Program-made: the position numbers and the translations under genes
The notes under the pieces: model-generated
What the model was told of the DNA's origin: nothing
What the model saw: only the letters and a program-made list of their open reading frames with translations
Databases searched by the model: none
Shown here: one piece after another, positions 12,026 to 24,446 of the stretch
Layout of the letters: each line of letters begins with the position of its first letter
Position numbering within the stretch: the first letter of the stretch is position 1
Assembly (NCBI GenBank): GCA_903813345.2
Contig: CAIIXF020000001.1
Location: forward strand, 19,530,001-19,594,000
Source: Owenia fusiformis
Lineage: Eukaryota
Reading direction: 5' to 3'
Length of the DNA stretch: 64,000 nucleotides

Positions 12026-13382
12026 ATGAAGGGAGAAATTGTATTTGGAGTTCTTTGGGTGTTGATTTCAATTGCCATTGTGAATGGTCAGAACCCTCAG
12101 ATTACTCAGGAGATTTTACCGGAAGTCAAACGTCTTGGACAAACTGCCTATTTGAACTGTACAGTCACTAGGCAACAGTTAAATAAAGTATACTGGTCCC
12201 ATCTTAACACGCAGACAACCATCTCTAGTGATGATCAGATCATAGTCGACCATAACGAGATTGTTGATGGATACAGGAAATATCGATGTATAAAAGTAGT
12301 CCATCCTGATCAGCGTACAACAGTGTATATGTTAATCATTACTAGGCTTCAGCAGAGGGATATGGGCATTTACCGCTGCCGTATATTTGTTAGAGGAGCT
12401 GAGAGACATCCAACAAAGGATGGGGAGCTACAGGTAGGCTGGGAACTTCATTATTCTTTGTTAAACCTTGGTGTTTCATGTTTTAGGGCTATTCACAAAG
12501 GCTTCAAAAATACCATTCAAGATAATACATATTGTAAGACAAAATGTAATATTATGCACAGTTTTAACTTCATTTGTTGTATATATAAAATGTACATACA
12601 AACAGTATTTATTTATTTTATATTCATTGGCTTGATTTTTACCATTGCAGGTGTTGGTACCACCAGTTCTTGTGTACTCTCAGACTTCAACAACAGCGAC
12701 AGTAATGGAGGGTGGAGCACTTAACCTAACATGTAACGCCACAGGCTTCCCTTACCCTAATATCACTTGGGTGAGAGGGAATGGTGCGTCCCTCTCCATT
12801 GGGAAATTTTCATTTAGAGGCACTTTGTTAGCGCTGCACAACATCCAGAAGAGAGACAGAGGGGTTTATCGTTGCGTTTGTGACAACAATGTGCAGCCTC
12901 CAGCTACCCATGATGCAACATTGCTTGTGTTTTTCCGCCCAGAAGCCAGGGAAGTGCAAGATTCTTATGGCCAGGCTCAGAATCGGCAATTTGATCTGAC
13001 GATTGAATGTCGAATCTCTGGCTACCCAGATCCCAACTTGGCATGGTACTACATTGAAGGGGACACAAAAAGAGAGATCACCAATGATGATAAGCACGAC
13101 ATTCAGATTATGACAAGCCACGGTTCAGGTTTAGACATCAATGAGCTATGGTACACGTTGACTATCATAAACATTCAGGCAAATGATTATGGACGTTATG
13201 AGTGTGAAGGGCGTAATGTGTTAGGTACTGACAGTGCCTTCATTCAGATCTATGAAACATCGGAATGCCAGGGAGCAAACTGTCCTTCAGAAGGTGCATC
13301 CAACCTTGGAGGGGGTGCTGCTCAAAACAACATTGCCATAGCAACAATTGTTGTGGGTTATTTAGCCACAAGACTTAATTGA
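12026..13382 (+). CDS. Lachesin-like (IgLON/DIP-related) three-Ig-domain, probably GPI-anchored adhesion protein, 379 aa
   Basis: Exons 12026..12433 and 12651..13382 (phase-0 intron). Signal peptide; three Ig domains (LNCTV..W..DMGIYRC; LTCNATGFPYPNITW..DRGVYRC; IECRISGYPDP..DYGRYEC); lachesin-like YGQAQNRQFDLTIEC and YETSECQGANC; small-residue stretch plus hydrophobic C-terminal tail. Confidence 0.88.
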
Positions 13383-14749
13383 TCACTTCAATGTTCATAA
13401 TATACATATAACATAATTAGAATAATCTGCATAAAATGCCTTATAGACATTAACCAAGGACAGTTTTTGATGTCATTTCCGCATGATGTGTGCATCTATC
13501 ATTTATATATTGTAGTTTCTCAGCTTAAGCATATTGTATACCATTTTCTTGTACATAGATTTATGCTAAATATATAACTTCCATCAGAATTCCATTTATA
13601 TTTTTATATTTTACTGTCATCTTCAAGGACATTTTTTAAGATTTTCTGACAAAACATTGTACTTTCCTAAACAATAAAATGTGATTGAACAACTTATGCT
13701 CATATATGTATCATAAGACAAAGCTAGTTTTAGTATGAGTATGAGTAACAGTTTTTTTGCTGGACAGATTTGATTTCCCTTTCAATAAGAAAGTGTCCAT
13801 TGTCCATGGTAATTTCTTCTTTGGTATTTATGCTTACATGCTTTTAGGTATTTAACATTTATTATTGGCTCTACTTAACTTGTTTTTGGGAGTAACATGC
13901 CATGGTGATGTATAGCAAAAATGACTTGAATTTACATGTAGTTTCCAAACACCTCTCAAATAGTTTCCAAACACCTCTCCAATCCGAATACCTCTCAATG
14001 TGAACACTATTTTTTGTCACAATTTTGTTATCTCCCATTGACTCGCATATTATAAGAAACCTTGAAATGTGAACATCTAGTAGTCCAAGGACTTTTTGCC
14101 AGTCCCTTTGGCATTCAGATTAGACGGCTTTTTTACTTATTTTATATTTGCCTTGATTTTCGGTTACTATGGCAATCATTACTAATATTTCTGTTATACC
14201 AAATATTTTTTGATAGATTAATGCAGTATTCTATACTGCAGATTCTATGAAAATTTCATTAGAATATATTAAAAAATAAAAAAGAGAGATATTATGAGAA
14301 CTTTATGATAATTTACCCTCATATACTAGATAGTTATCAAGTGAATGATTATGATACCAGTTAATACAGGGTTTTCGAAATTTCATTGAATTCTCGTTTT
14401 TTGATGAGATTTTAGGAGATTTGCATTTTATTCATTAAATACCAACATTTTCTTCTTCTTGATGGCATATTTGAATTCTCTGTGTAATTTTCTATCAAAA
14501 CACTTTGTTTTGCACAGTTTCCTTCAAGGTTTAAAGATCCTCATCAAGTTTTCTCAAAACGGTTGGGTGAAATCACCATTGACACAATGTTAAAATCATA
14601 TACTTTGAATTTAATGATGTTTTATGTTAATCCAAATGAAACACATGATAAATCAAGGAATTAAGTAACGCTTGCTATAGATTTCCATGTATTCTTGCTC
14701 TACACATGCTGCCATCTATTTTAATAATATTAAATGTTTTGTTATTTAG

Positions 14750-16470
14750 ATGCTAGAGTCCAACTGGAAAACCATTAAAGATGAAGGTCTGGCTAACATG
14801 GATGAAAAGAAAGGAAGTTTTTTACCTGAGGAAGAGAATCTCTTAGATACTGGAGATTGGAAACAGTTCACACTCTTCCAACAAGGTACATTAAGTTTGG
14901 ACTCATCAAGTTTGGACTGACAAAACTCAAATTAATTTATGAATATAAACTGGTGATTTTGTGGATTCTCTTATTGTTAGACATAGACTTCTATGGAATA
15001 ACTTAATAGCACAGTGATCAGTTTTGTTTTATTTTAGTACACATACATTTGCATTACTGATTTTATCCCTTTTCACTCTTTTCCTATTTTAAAATATCAA
15101 TTTTATGAAAACTATATAAATTGTGTTACTGATGTCATACAGCTGTTTAAGTTAATATGACTGATGTCATATAGCTGTATAAGTTAGTGTGACTGATGTC
15201 ATTCTGCTTGCAGGCAGGAAGAATGAGAAGAATTGTAAAAGAGCTCCAAAGACTTGTGCACTCATAGATAAAGTTGCAGATGCCAAAGGTTGTAAACGTG
15301 GTCAGGTAGGTAGCACAGTGACATATTTTATGGTATATCTATCATTCAGTTATCAATTATTTTAAAACACTCTAACATTTCCAGGGGCGTAGCCAGCGAT
15401 CACAACCCCCCCCTGGCTACACCCCTGATTTCTATAATATAAAGTTTGAGGTTGATAGGGAATTCAGAGCAAGAGTGAGGACCAGCTTGTAAAGGTTTTC
15501 AATATATTGCAGATTTAGTTAGCTTGGTTTGCTCAGTGTGTGATGATACTATTTTTTCTCCATTTTAAAACTTGAATAAAAACTCATTTAAGAAAAGGAC
15601 ATTGAAAGTCTTGCTTTTACAAAATCCCTGCAGAAGACAAAAAGCGCTTGTATGATAACACACTTTAGGTAATGAAATATTTCAAAATGTATTGAAGGTT
15701 TGTATGAGAAAAGAATGATTAATACAGAGATTTCTCAGTCACTTTACATACCACTCAAGCCCAGGGTCCTTTAGATTTATGGTACCAAATTAAACTAGAT
15801 AGGCAACAGTAAAATAGATTTTTATGAACTGAAGGGAATCAAAGGCTTTGTAAAGGAGTTTGAAATTGGAGCCATCAAGTTGCAAAAGTTTGATTGGTTA
15901 TAGAATGGTGATGGCACCATATTAAAAAAAAGTAAAATGTATGACATACAATAAATAGTGTATGTGTGTTTCTTACAGGTGAAGTTCTCCATTATGTCCC
16001 CTGGTGTCCATGTATGGCCCCACTGTGGCCCTACTAACTGTAGAATTAGGGCCCATCTTGGTCTAGTTATTCCACCAGGACCTAAAATCAGAGTCGCTGA
16101 TGATACAAGGTTAGTGAAAAAATATAGTATTAACCATCTTAGCTTAAATTAAACTTTGCAGATTTTGATTTCAAGTACAGGAATGAGATCCAAGAGTAAA
16201 TTGAGTAAATTTTAATCCAATTTATATTGATGGTATTCTTTTGGAGATCTAGTATGTAAGAACCCCTGTAAGAACCTGAAATCATTAAAAGATTTGATTT
16301 TTCAAACTTGTATTTTCAGGGAATGGATTGAGGGGAAATTTATTATGTTTGATGATTCATTTGAACATGAAGTTTGGCATGAAGGGTCTTCATACAGACT
16401 TGTATTAATAGTAGACTTCTGGCATCCTGAACTCACTGAAGATCAGAAATATGAGATCACACCAATCTAA
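14750..16470 (+). CDS. ASPH: Aspartyl/asparaginyl beta-hydroxylase, last four exons (catalytic domain; 5' part outside window)
   Basis: Exons 14750..14885, 15214..15305, 15979..16109, 16320..16470 give LESNWKTIKDEGL..GDWKQFTLFQQGRKNEKNCKRAPKTC..GCKRGQVKFSIMSPGVHVWPHCGPTNCRIRAHLGLVIP..FDDSFEHEVWH..DFWHPELT, closely matching the ASPH C-terminus. Confidence 0.96.
15382..15427. mobile_element. 46-bp minimal MITE (termini only) with 5-bp TSD
   Basis: ATTTC-CAGGGGCGTAGCCAG...CTGGCTACACCCCTG-ATTTC. Confidence 0.7.
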
Positions 16471-16750
16471 GCAGACGATATGCTCACACCCTTTTTGTTT
16501 ATCATAGACTAGTCCATTTAGTCATTAAAAACTGGTTGATATCACATAAAGAGGGGTTCATCAATGTTTTTACTCTTTGAAAAGGTGTGCCATTTTAGTA
16601 CAAGTATGCCATAGGATGGATTGTCTGAATTCAAAACGCCATCCACACCTGTCATAAATGGAAGGATTTAATCTGAGTTTTCTTTGTATCTACTGTATTT
16701 AAAATGCCTCTAATCCACTTTGAGACATTCACCATGCATCTGATCTCTTG

Positions 16751-17194
16751 TTATGTCACCACCAAAAAGTGGTGACATATTGTTATGGTCTCAGTTCTTT
16801 GACCAATTTTCTTTTTTAAAATCATCTTCAAGTTCTCAAATGTTCGAATCTGGCTATAAATTTGACCTTAAATGACATTCTCAAGGTCAAAAAAGATTTG
16901 ACCTTCAGTGACCTTCTCAAGGTCAAAAGGGTCTTTTTTCATCTTGCTTCAAATTGACCAATTTTTTTAAAAATCATGTACAAGTTCTTGGAAGTTCAAA
17001 TCTGACTTAAAATTTGAGATTTCACCTTCAATGACCTTCTCAGGGAAAGGGTCTTTTTTCAACTTGTTCCAGATTGACCAATTAATTTTTTCAAAATCAT
17101 CTACAAGTTCTCAGAAATTCATATCTTACTTAAGATTGAACTCATAGTATTGTGAGCAACTGGGTGGTGACATTTTGTCATGTTAATTTATCTT
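16751..17194 (+). mobile_element. Helentron-type element (ATGTCACCACC family) downstream of the ASPH stop
   Basis: ATGTCACCACC / GGTGGTGACAT subterminal IR followed by TTTGTCATGTTAAT; internal degenerate repeats with TTTGACCTT/AAGGTCAAA. Confidence 0.7.
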
Positions 17195-18099
17195 GGAAAC
17201 ATAAAATCTCATCTCATACAGCTCTATTTGTATTCTTTATAAATTTCAAAATATTTTTGTATTTTATATCAATTAGACATACAATATACACCAATAGCGA
17301 ACACATTTCAAATAAAAGTGAAACATCGAAAACGTTCATGCTTTGTACAAGCACTGATCATCATATCGTAAAATCTCTATGCAACAAAGGAATTCCATTT
17401 TATATAGCTGTGCATGCTTAAAGTTTCACAATTATACGAAAGTTACATAATACATTAATCAAAAATCTATATTATATAACCTAATGTGAAATATTTTTGG
17501 ATTATATTGAATGTATTTATTTTATTATAAAATGATATTGAGCATAATACTACAAAATACAGGTATACCATACATTGCTATATGATGCATCTCCGAGACT
17601 GCATTCTAATTAACATAACTAGAAAAAATTCACGAAGTGTATAGAAACAATTTTCATTTAGAAATGTTAATGGTGTTTAAATGGTATTATAACAAAATAT
17701 GACCCACAGCCATTATATGGTGGCCATTATTTTGTTATTCATAATAGTATCTGGGAGATGCCTATGTAGTCTAATATAACGGGTCAGTTGCCAATAACCC
17801 CATTGATCTGTGTAAGTTTCGTTACTCCTTACATTAGTGTATTATATTGAAAAATGAGTATGCATGATATTACACAAAATCCATAAAAGTCCACAATTAT
17901 TTTGAGCGTTTTGTTAATTTGTAGCGATCTAGTAAGATCGTTTTATATATTTTGAGTCTTGTGTCCAACAATACAGTATTATTTTGTGTATGATCATCGA
18001 AACAATTTTTAGATAGAATGTAATTTTATTTAACAAAAACATCATCAGATGTTTACTTCATCAGTGTTTACTCTGTTTCTCGTTTGATTTTATGATATG

Positions 18100-18402
18100 T
18101 AGGCCATCAGCTTTGGTTTAAAATTTCAGCCACATGTATCAAATGAGGGGAACAAGTCTATATGAATGGTAATTTTTACAAGGTATGCTCCCCTAGAGGA
18201 AATATGGATGGAGCTTTTTGGATGTTATAACCAGTTATAACCCTTTTTCAAAATGGCCACCAAAATGCTTTTCACCACATATAATATGTAGTCATATCTA
18301 AGCATAAGGAGATGTAACAGTGTTTTGATATCTATGGCTGAGTTTTACCTTTAAGGTTCAACCTGTTCCTCCATGCTGATGGCCTATTACTGATGTATTG
18401 TT
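18100..18402 (+). mobile_element. Degenerate element with subterminal inverted repeat (probable Helentron type)
   Basis: TAGGCCATCAGC (18100) / GCTGATGGCCTA (18375); internal AAAATGGCCACC motif. Confidence 0.4.
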
Positions 18403-20141
18403 CTGCTTTGATGTTTAGTTAAGTTTTATTACGCAATCAAAGACCATTTAAAAAAGAGAATTGTTTGTGTAAGTTATTATATTGGAAAACAGCCATCTGA
18501 GAAAATTATTTTGTAATATTGTTAGATATTTTAGTCATTGATATTATTTTGAAGAATCCTGTTTTCTTAGAGCCATTTTTACGGGAAAGGGTATTGATTT
18601 TGAATTGCTGTTATTCACGTAGGGTGGATAAGTTATAAACGGGTTGTTCCAAAATGTCCCATTGCACCCCCTGGCTACGCCTATGAAACAGTATTTAGAG
18701 ACACATTGTATTCATGACACTGATAAGTGTTAAGCAGTAACATTCATGATAATCCTGTCCATGAATTAGTATGTATTAAGTGTTATATTTATCAATTAAA
18801 AATATTAAATGTTCTTTAATACAGTATGGGAATTGGTACTTTTTTGAAATTGATGAAAATGTTCAAACTACACGTGCACTCTTCAAAGAAATTTGGCAAT
18901 CTCATGATATGTTTGAATTGTTCTCATTACTAAGGCTGTAAATGGTATTGCCAAACTTTTTTGGAGGGGAGGAGTGTAAGAAAGTATATGTCTGCTTTTT
19001 CACATATATTTTCTTTTTAACTACATTTCACATATGAAAAATGTGTCATCATGGTATAAGTTTTGGATTGACAATTTATTCATACCCTGAGCATATACTT
19101 ATCATAATTAGGTTTATTTTAAAGTCACAATGACAGTAAGTCTGAATAACAATATACACACATATAAGATTTCACAGAACTAGAACTGTAGATCACACTG
19201 GCTTGCACAGTAGAAAGCTAGGGGTCAGATGGTTAACCAAAATCGCAGAGCTCCAACCATCATTGGCCCTGGTGGTTCTTTCAGTTCAGAAAAAATGTCA
19301 GGTTTTTTAACTGAATGTTAATTGAGGGAAAATTACTGTAAACACATGTTCGCTAAAATAAGGTAGATCAAGAAAATGTCTGCCATGGATATTGAGAAAG
19401 ATATGCGCGTCCAAGTACCAGATTCAGGTGACACTTTATTATTTTGAAAGTTAAGTGTTTAGTATTACATTTGTGAAATATCAAGAGATAGCCAGTTTTG
19501 TTTTACATTCTCATGGTTATAGCAGAATATCATAGTTCGAAAAGAACAGAATAACCGAATCGAGAGATTCAAAATCCGAACCAGAACGAATCAAAAAATT
19601 TTAAAACCATCTGACCCCCATAGACAGCACTTGACACACCTGTATATCTACGCAACATGTAATCTGAACATTGAATGATAAAGTAATGATGTACTGTTTA
19701 AGAAACATGTGAGAATTCCAATTTTTATATGATATGATATTACACGTATATGGCATATTTATGTATTTTCATTAAGAGTAACATCAGTGTTATCCATGAG
19801 CGAAAGTACCTTGACTGTCAAGGTGTTTTATAAAATTTGTATTAAATTATAAGATATTTAAAAATATTATTCACTTATTGTCAAACTAGAGATCTGATTG
19901 GCTCATGTGATGTAAATATATTACAATGTATTTTTATGCCATAGGATACAGAATTTGTATTCAACCCTGACACCATTGTATTATTTGCTTCGGTGTCTTA
20001 AAGTCACCATATTAAACACATTTATTATTTACCATAATTAGTGCCTTGTTTTCTTAGGCACAATGTTTTCTGTGGTTTTATTCAAATCATTGAACAAACA
20101 ACTGGTATTATTCCATAATTATTGAATGGAATAATAGAATT

Positions 20142-20348
20142 CAGGCCCGTAGCCAGGATTTGCCAAGGGGGGGTTCAGTTTTAAAAAATTTCCAGGGGGG
20201 GTTCACATTTGACAATTTTGGCCCAAATATGACTAAAATCACTTGAAAAGTGCTCAAAATGGTGAAAAACTGCATGATTTTGAAAGAATTTTTGGCCAGG
20301 GGGGGGGGTTCGCCCGAACCCTGCGAACCCCCCCTGGCTACGGGCCTG
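20142..20348. mobile_element. MITE with CAGGCCCGTAGCCAG TIRs and 5-bp TSD (hAT5-like by analogy)
   Basis: GAATT-CAGGCCCGTAGCCAG ... CTGGCTACGGGCCTG-GAATT. Confidence 0.85.
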
Positions 20349-20817
20349 GAATTGATATTATATTTCAAAAATCAACAAAATGAAATCATGCCCATATGCC
20401 TGGTATATGTATGTATTACTTTATCGCTGCAATCGTAGAAATGTAGAAACTTGGGACATCAAAATGACAAATATATATATAAAAAAGTAGAAAACCACAC
20501 AAATACTTGCTTATGTGCAATCATCATATTGTCTGTTTCACTCATTGAAACTAACAATCAATGTACAATATATCAGCTACATTTAGAGGAACTAAAAGGG
20601 ATAGAGATTGTAAAATGTTGGAAGCAATCTTCAGGGATCAGGTCATTGTTGTCCTTACTGATCAAGTATATAATAGATGTTATTGAAGAATTAAGAAATG
20701 TCCATCAATTCATCAGAACCGTTTGTCCAAATAACCTTATTTAAATCTAAGGATTATTCTGAAATAAAATCAGAACTGTTGTACCTTTAGGAAAATTGCA
20801 ATGACAGAGAATGATTG

Positions 20818-20930
20818 AGACAATTTTTAGTGTCTAACTTTTTTTGTGGAATGTGGTTGTGGTCGATGTCTGTAACAGGTGTCTGTAACAAATGGCAGGT
20901 AGTGACATTTTGCATGTTAATGCCTTGTTT
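20818..20930 (+). mobile_element. Short degenerate copy of the ATGTCACCACC Helentron-type family
   Basis: 3' end GTAGTGACATTTTGCATGTTAATGCCTTGTT is shared with the copies at 38291 and 52945. Confidence 0.55.
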
Positions 20931-21203
20931 GAAAGTTACTTTCAACATGCCTCTATCCCTTCTAGTCCCTTTAAGTCATTGTAATTTAGGGTCCAATTGA
21001 ATCATATTTTGTATTTGTAATCAACGAAATATGCCTTCAGGATTTTTTAAAATCAAATAACAAATGCAATCTATTAAAATTGTACTGTAATTTTCACTGT
21101 CTAGTTTGATATTATAAATTGCAATATGCTCATTAGTTTCCAATTAAATAAATTATTTGTACCAGAGCAGATATAGCATGTAACATCCAAGACGTTTATC
21201 AAA

Positions 21204-24200
21204 ATGGTAAGTAGATGTTTAAAGTATGTATTTACAGTTAATTAATAAAATGTTGTGAATGTTAAGTTTACTTTTCTTTAGTCATGAAAGAAGATGGATA
21301 TTGTAAGTAAATATTCCAACATTTCCAACCTATACTGAGTTCCATATATCCATGATCATGCCATTCCTATTTTTAACATGCTGTTAATTCTGATGCTTTT
21401 TGTTTTCAGTTGAATTTGAAATACTTCAAGGGAATACTTTTGGCTCTCTTGCTATTGGCCATTGGATTTATAATCATCAAACAAGATATGCCAGATCTCT
21501 GGAAAATCCAAGATAAAGTCATAAAAACTCCAGAAATCCCAACTTTGTTGAGAAATCTTCTTCACAAACAACCGACCGAACAACCAGCCAAAGATGCAGC
21601 AGTTATTGAAGGAAAGTTGAAAGACACAACTAGCCAAATTGGTCATAAAATTCAGGATTTGGAAATTAATCGGATGAAAATGGCAGTAAGTTTGGCAGCT
21701 ATGAGAACTTCCACTAAAAGTATTTCTGAAACTAGTAAGGTTACACCAAAAAATCCCATCTCTGGTGATATACATAATAGCATTGCAAAAATAGACATGA
21801 AAAATGCTATAATTGGTAAAGAAGATACAAGAATGTTTGAAAGAACAGAAAAGGGGAAAAAAGAAGAAACTAAAAGAACTGATTTAGAAAAAGAGGATAA
21901 CCAGGGTATAGATGGTGGAAAACAAGATATCAAAAAGACTGACATGGAAAATGAAGGATTGAAACATATTGAAAAGGAACAACATCATATAGGAAAACAA
22001 GAGTCCAAAAATGATGGTATGAAAAATGGAGAATTTAAAGATATTGACAAAGAACAAGTTATCCAAAATAATTATGTTGGAAAACATGAGACCAAAAGTA
22101 CTGGTATGAAAAATGAAGAATTCAGACGCAATGGTAAAGGACAAGTTATCCAAGATAATGATACAGGAAAACAAGAGATAAAAAGTACTAGTATAGAAAA
22201 TGAATTGAAACACAATGGTAAAGGACAAGTTGTCCAAAATAATGATCTAGGAAAACAGGAGACCAAAAGTACTGGTGTGAAAAATGAAGAATTCAAACAC
22301 AATGGTAAAGGACAAGTTATCCAAGATAATGATACAGGAAAACAAGAGACAAAAAGTACAAGTATAGGAAATGAAGAATTGAACGGCAATGGTAAAGGAG
22401 AAGTTGTCCAAAATAATGATAAAGGAAAACAAGAGACAAAAAGTACTAGTATAGAACATGAAGAATTGAAACGCAATGGTAAAGGACAAGTTGTCCAGAA
22501 TAATGATACAGGAAAACAAGAGACAAAAAGTACAAGTATAGAAAATGAAAAATTGAACGGCAATGGTAAAGGAGAAGTTGTCCAAAATAATGATAAAGGA
22601 AAACAAGAGACAAAAAGTACTAGTATAGGAAATAAAGAATTGAAACGCAATGGTAAAGGACAAGTTGTCCAAAATAATGATACAGGAAAACAGGGAACTA
22701 AAAGTACTGATGGAGAAAAAGAGAAAATGAAAAGTACAACCACACTAAAAGAAAACATTGGGAATAATGGCACAGTAACAGTTATGAATGAGAAAAAAGT
22801 GAAGGTTATACATGGAACCCCTAAGGCAACAACCATGCCTACGACTACAACTCTACCCCCTCCCACCACAACCACCATCCAGCCTCCATACAGGGTTGAA
22901 TCTCTGAAAGAGCTCAAACGACCAAACACAATACGCTACAACTATAATGGACATTGGCAAATGCAAACAGATTATTTTGAAATATACCTATATAGGGCAT
23001 ATTATGACGATAGAATGACCCTAAAAACGAACCCTGCTGTAAGAGTGATTGGAATGTCTGAATGTGCTGAAAATCGAACCCTGCATTGTTTGTTTTGGTT
23101 CAAAGGACAAGATCACCCTGAAATGGTAAATGTCACTTTAGGTAGGATTGGTAATGGTGTACCACGACATGGATTATTATTCCGAGAGTATATATTTTCT
23201 TGTCCTCTACCCAATCGTCCTGATAGAAAATTCCAACCACCGGAGCATGTCTCATTGATAACTACAGACTATATGCTCCCTACAAACTTGATACCTGTTC
23301 TCATCCCTGAAAAACCTGCAAAGAAGTTAGAATTTGGAATGTGTGTCTCAATCACATACTGGAAGCAGGATCCATATAGATTAGTAGAATGGTTGGAGCT
23401 GCTGAAGCTTTGGGGAGTGGAGGAGGTAACGGTGTACAATCAAAGCCTGGCCGTGGAGAGTGATGCTGTCTTCAGATATTATCAACAGAAAGGTTTTGTG
23501 GATTACAGAAGCGGAGAAAAACCAATGGATGATGGAGGTAATCTTAATGATTTCAGAAATTAAATTGTGAATCTGTGAATTTTTATTTTGGAAAAATGAT
23601 GGATTTGAGACACACAGACCATGTGCATAGCATATGATTGTGAATAATGTATTACTCATATAACTATGGTTCGAAGTGATTTTCTTATTTGAATTGGAGG
23701 CCACTATGTTCACATATATTTGATATTTTGACGACCTGATTTTATCAGTAATAAAAAATATTTTGACCAAGATCTAATAAATGTACATAGCCCTTTATTG
23801 CATTTTTTAGATTAAAACTAAATACAAAATAATTTTCTTTGCAGGAGAGTACACTTTCTTCCTTATGATGACACCTGTTATTAATGACTGCATGTACCGC
23901 AACATCCACCGCTATAAGAAATTGGTCATCAGTGACTTTGATGAACTCATTGTCCCGAGAGGCCCATCTATGAACAATTACGCTGATATGCTGCGACAAA
24001 TAGACACTGAACAACCCCGATTGTGCAAATATAAATCTTACTGGTTCCGTAATGTTTATTTCTTCTACAATTTTCCACCCATCTCAAAAACACCACGATA
24101 TTTAACAACATCTAGGTATCTTACGAGAATACGACATAGCACTTACGGGAACTCCATCAAAAGTATCAATGATCCAATGACGTGTATTAGAGTTCACAAT

Positions 24201-24446
24201 CACTTTTGCTGGGAAGCCATCGAAGGCTACGATAAGCAAGAGTGGTACGTGGATGTCAAGACGCATCTAGGCATGAACCAACATTATAAAAAATGTCACC
24301 TTGATGGTCTCCATGGTGATGATTCTAAGGGAGAATGTGAGAAAGCCATGAAGACTTCATATTATGATGACACAATGCTTAGATTTAAAGACAAAATAGA
24401 ACCACATGTAAGAAAAGCATGTAAAGAGTTGAAGTTACCTTTGTAA
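21204..24446 (+). CDS. Glycosyltransferase family 92 (DUF23 / GALT-1-like) type II membrane protein, ~910 aa
   Basis: Exons 21204..21206 (ATG only, followed by GTAAGT), 21410..23537, 23845..24446; 2733 nt in frame. N-terminal TM segment, long stem, GT92 motifs YLYRAYYDDR, FGMCVS, RLVEWLELLKLWGV, INDCMYRN, and DxD in SDFDELIVP. Confidence 0.88.
22075..22710 (+). repeat. Coding tandem repeat, 87 nt / 29 aa, about 7 copies
   Basis: AATGGTAAAGGA at 22130, 22214, 22301, 22388, 22475, 22562, 22649. Confidence 0.95.

Noticed and set aside
14750-14752. ATG at the start of the ASPH exon as an independent start codon
   Set aside because: Directly preceded by a canonical acceptor and aligns mid-protein.
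21452-22929. Hydrophobic antisense ORFs up to 285 aa
   Set aside because: Shadows of the A-rich repetitive GT92 exon.
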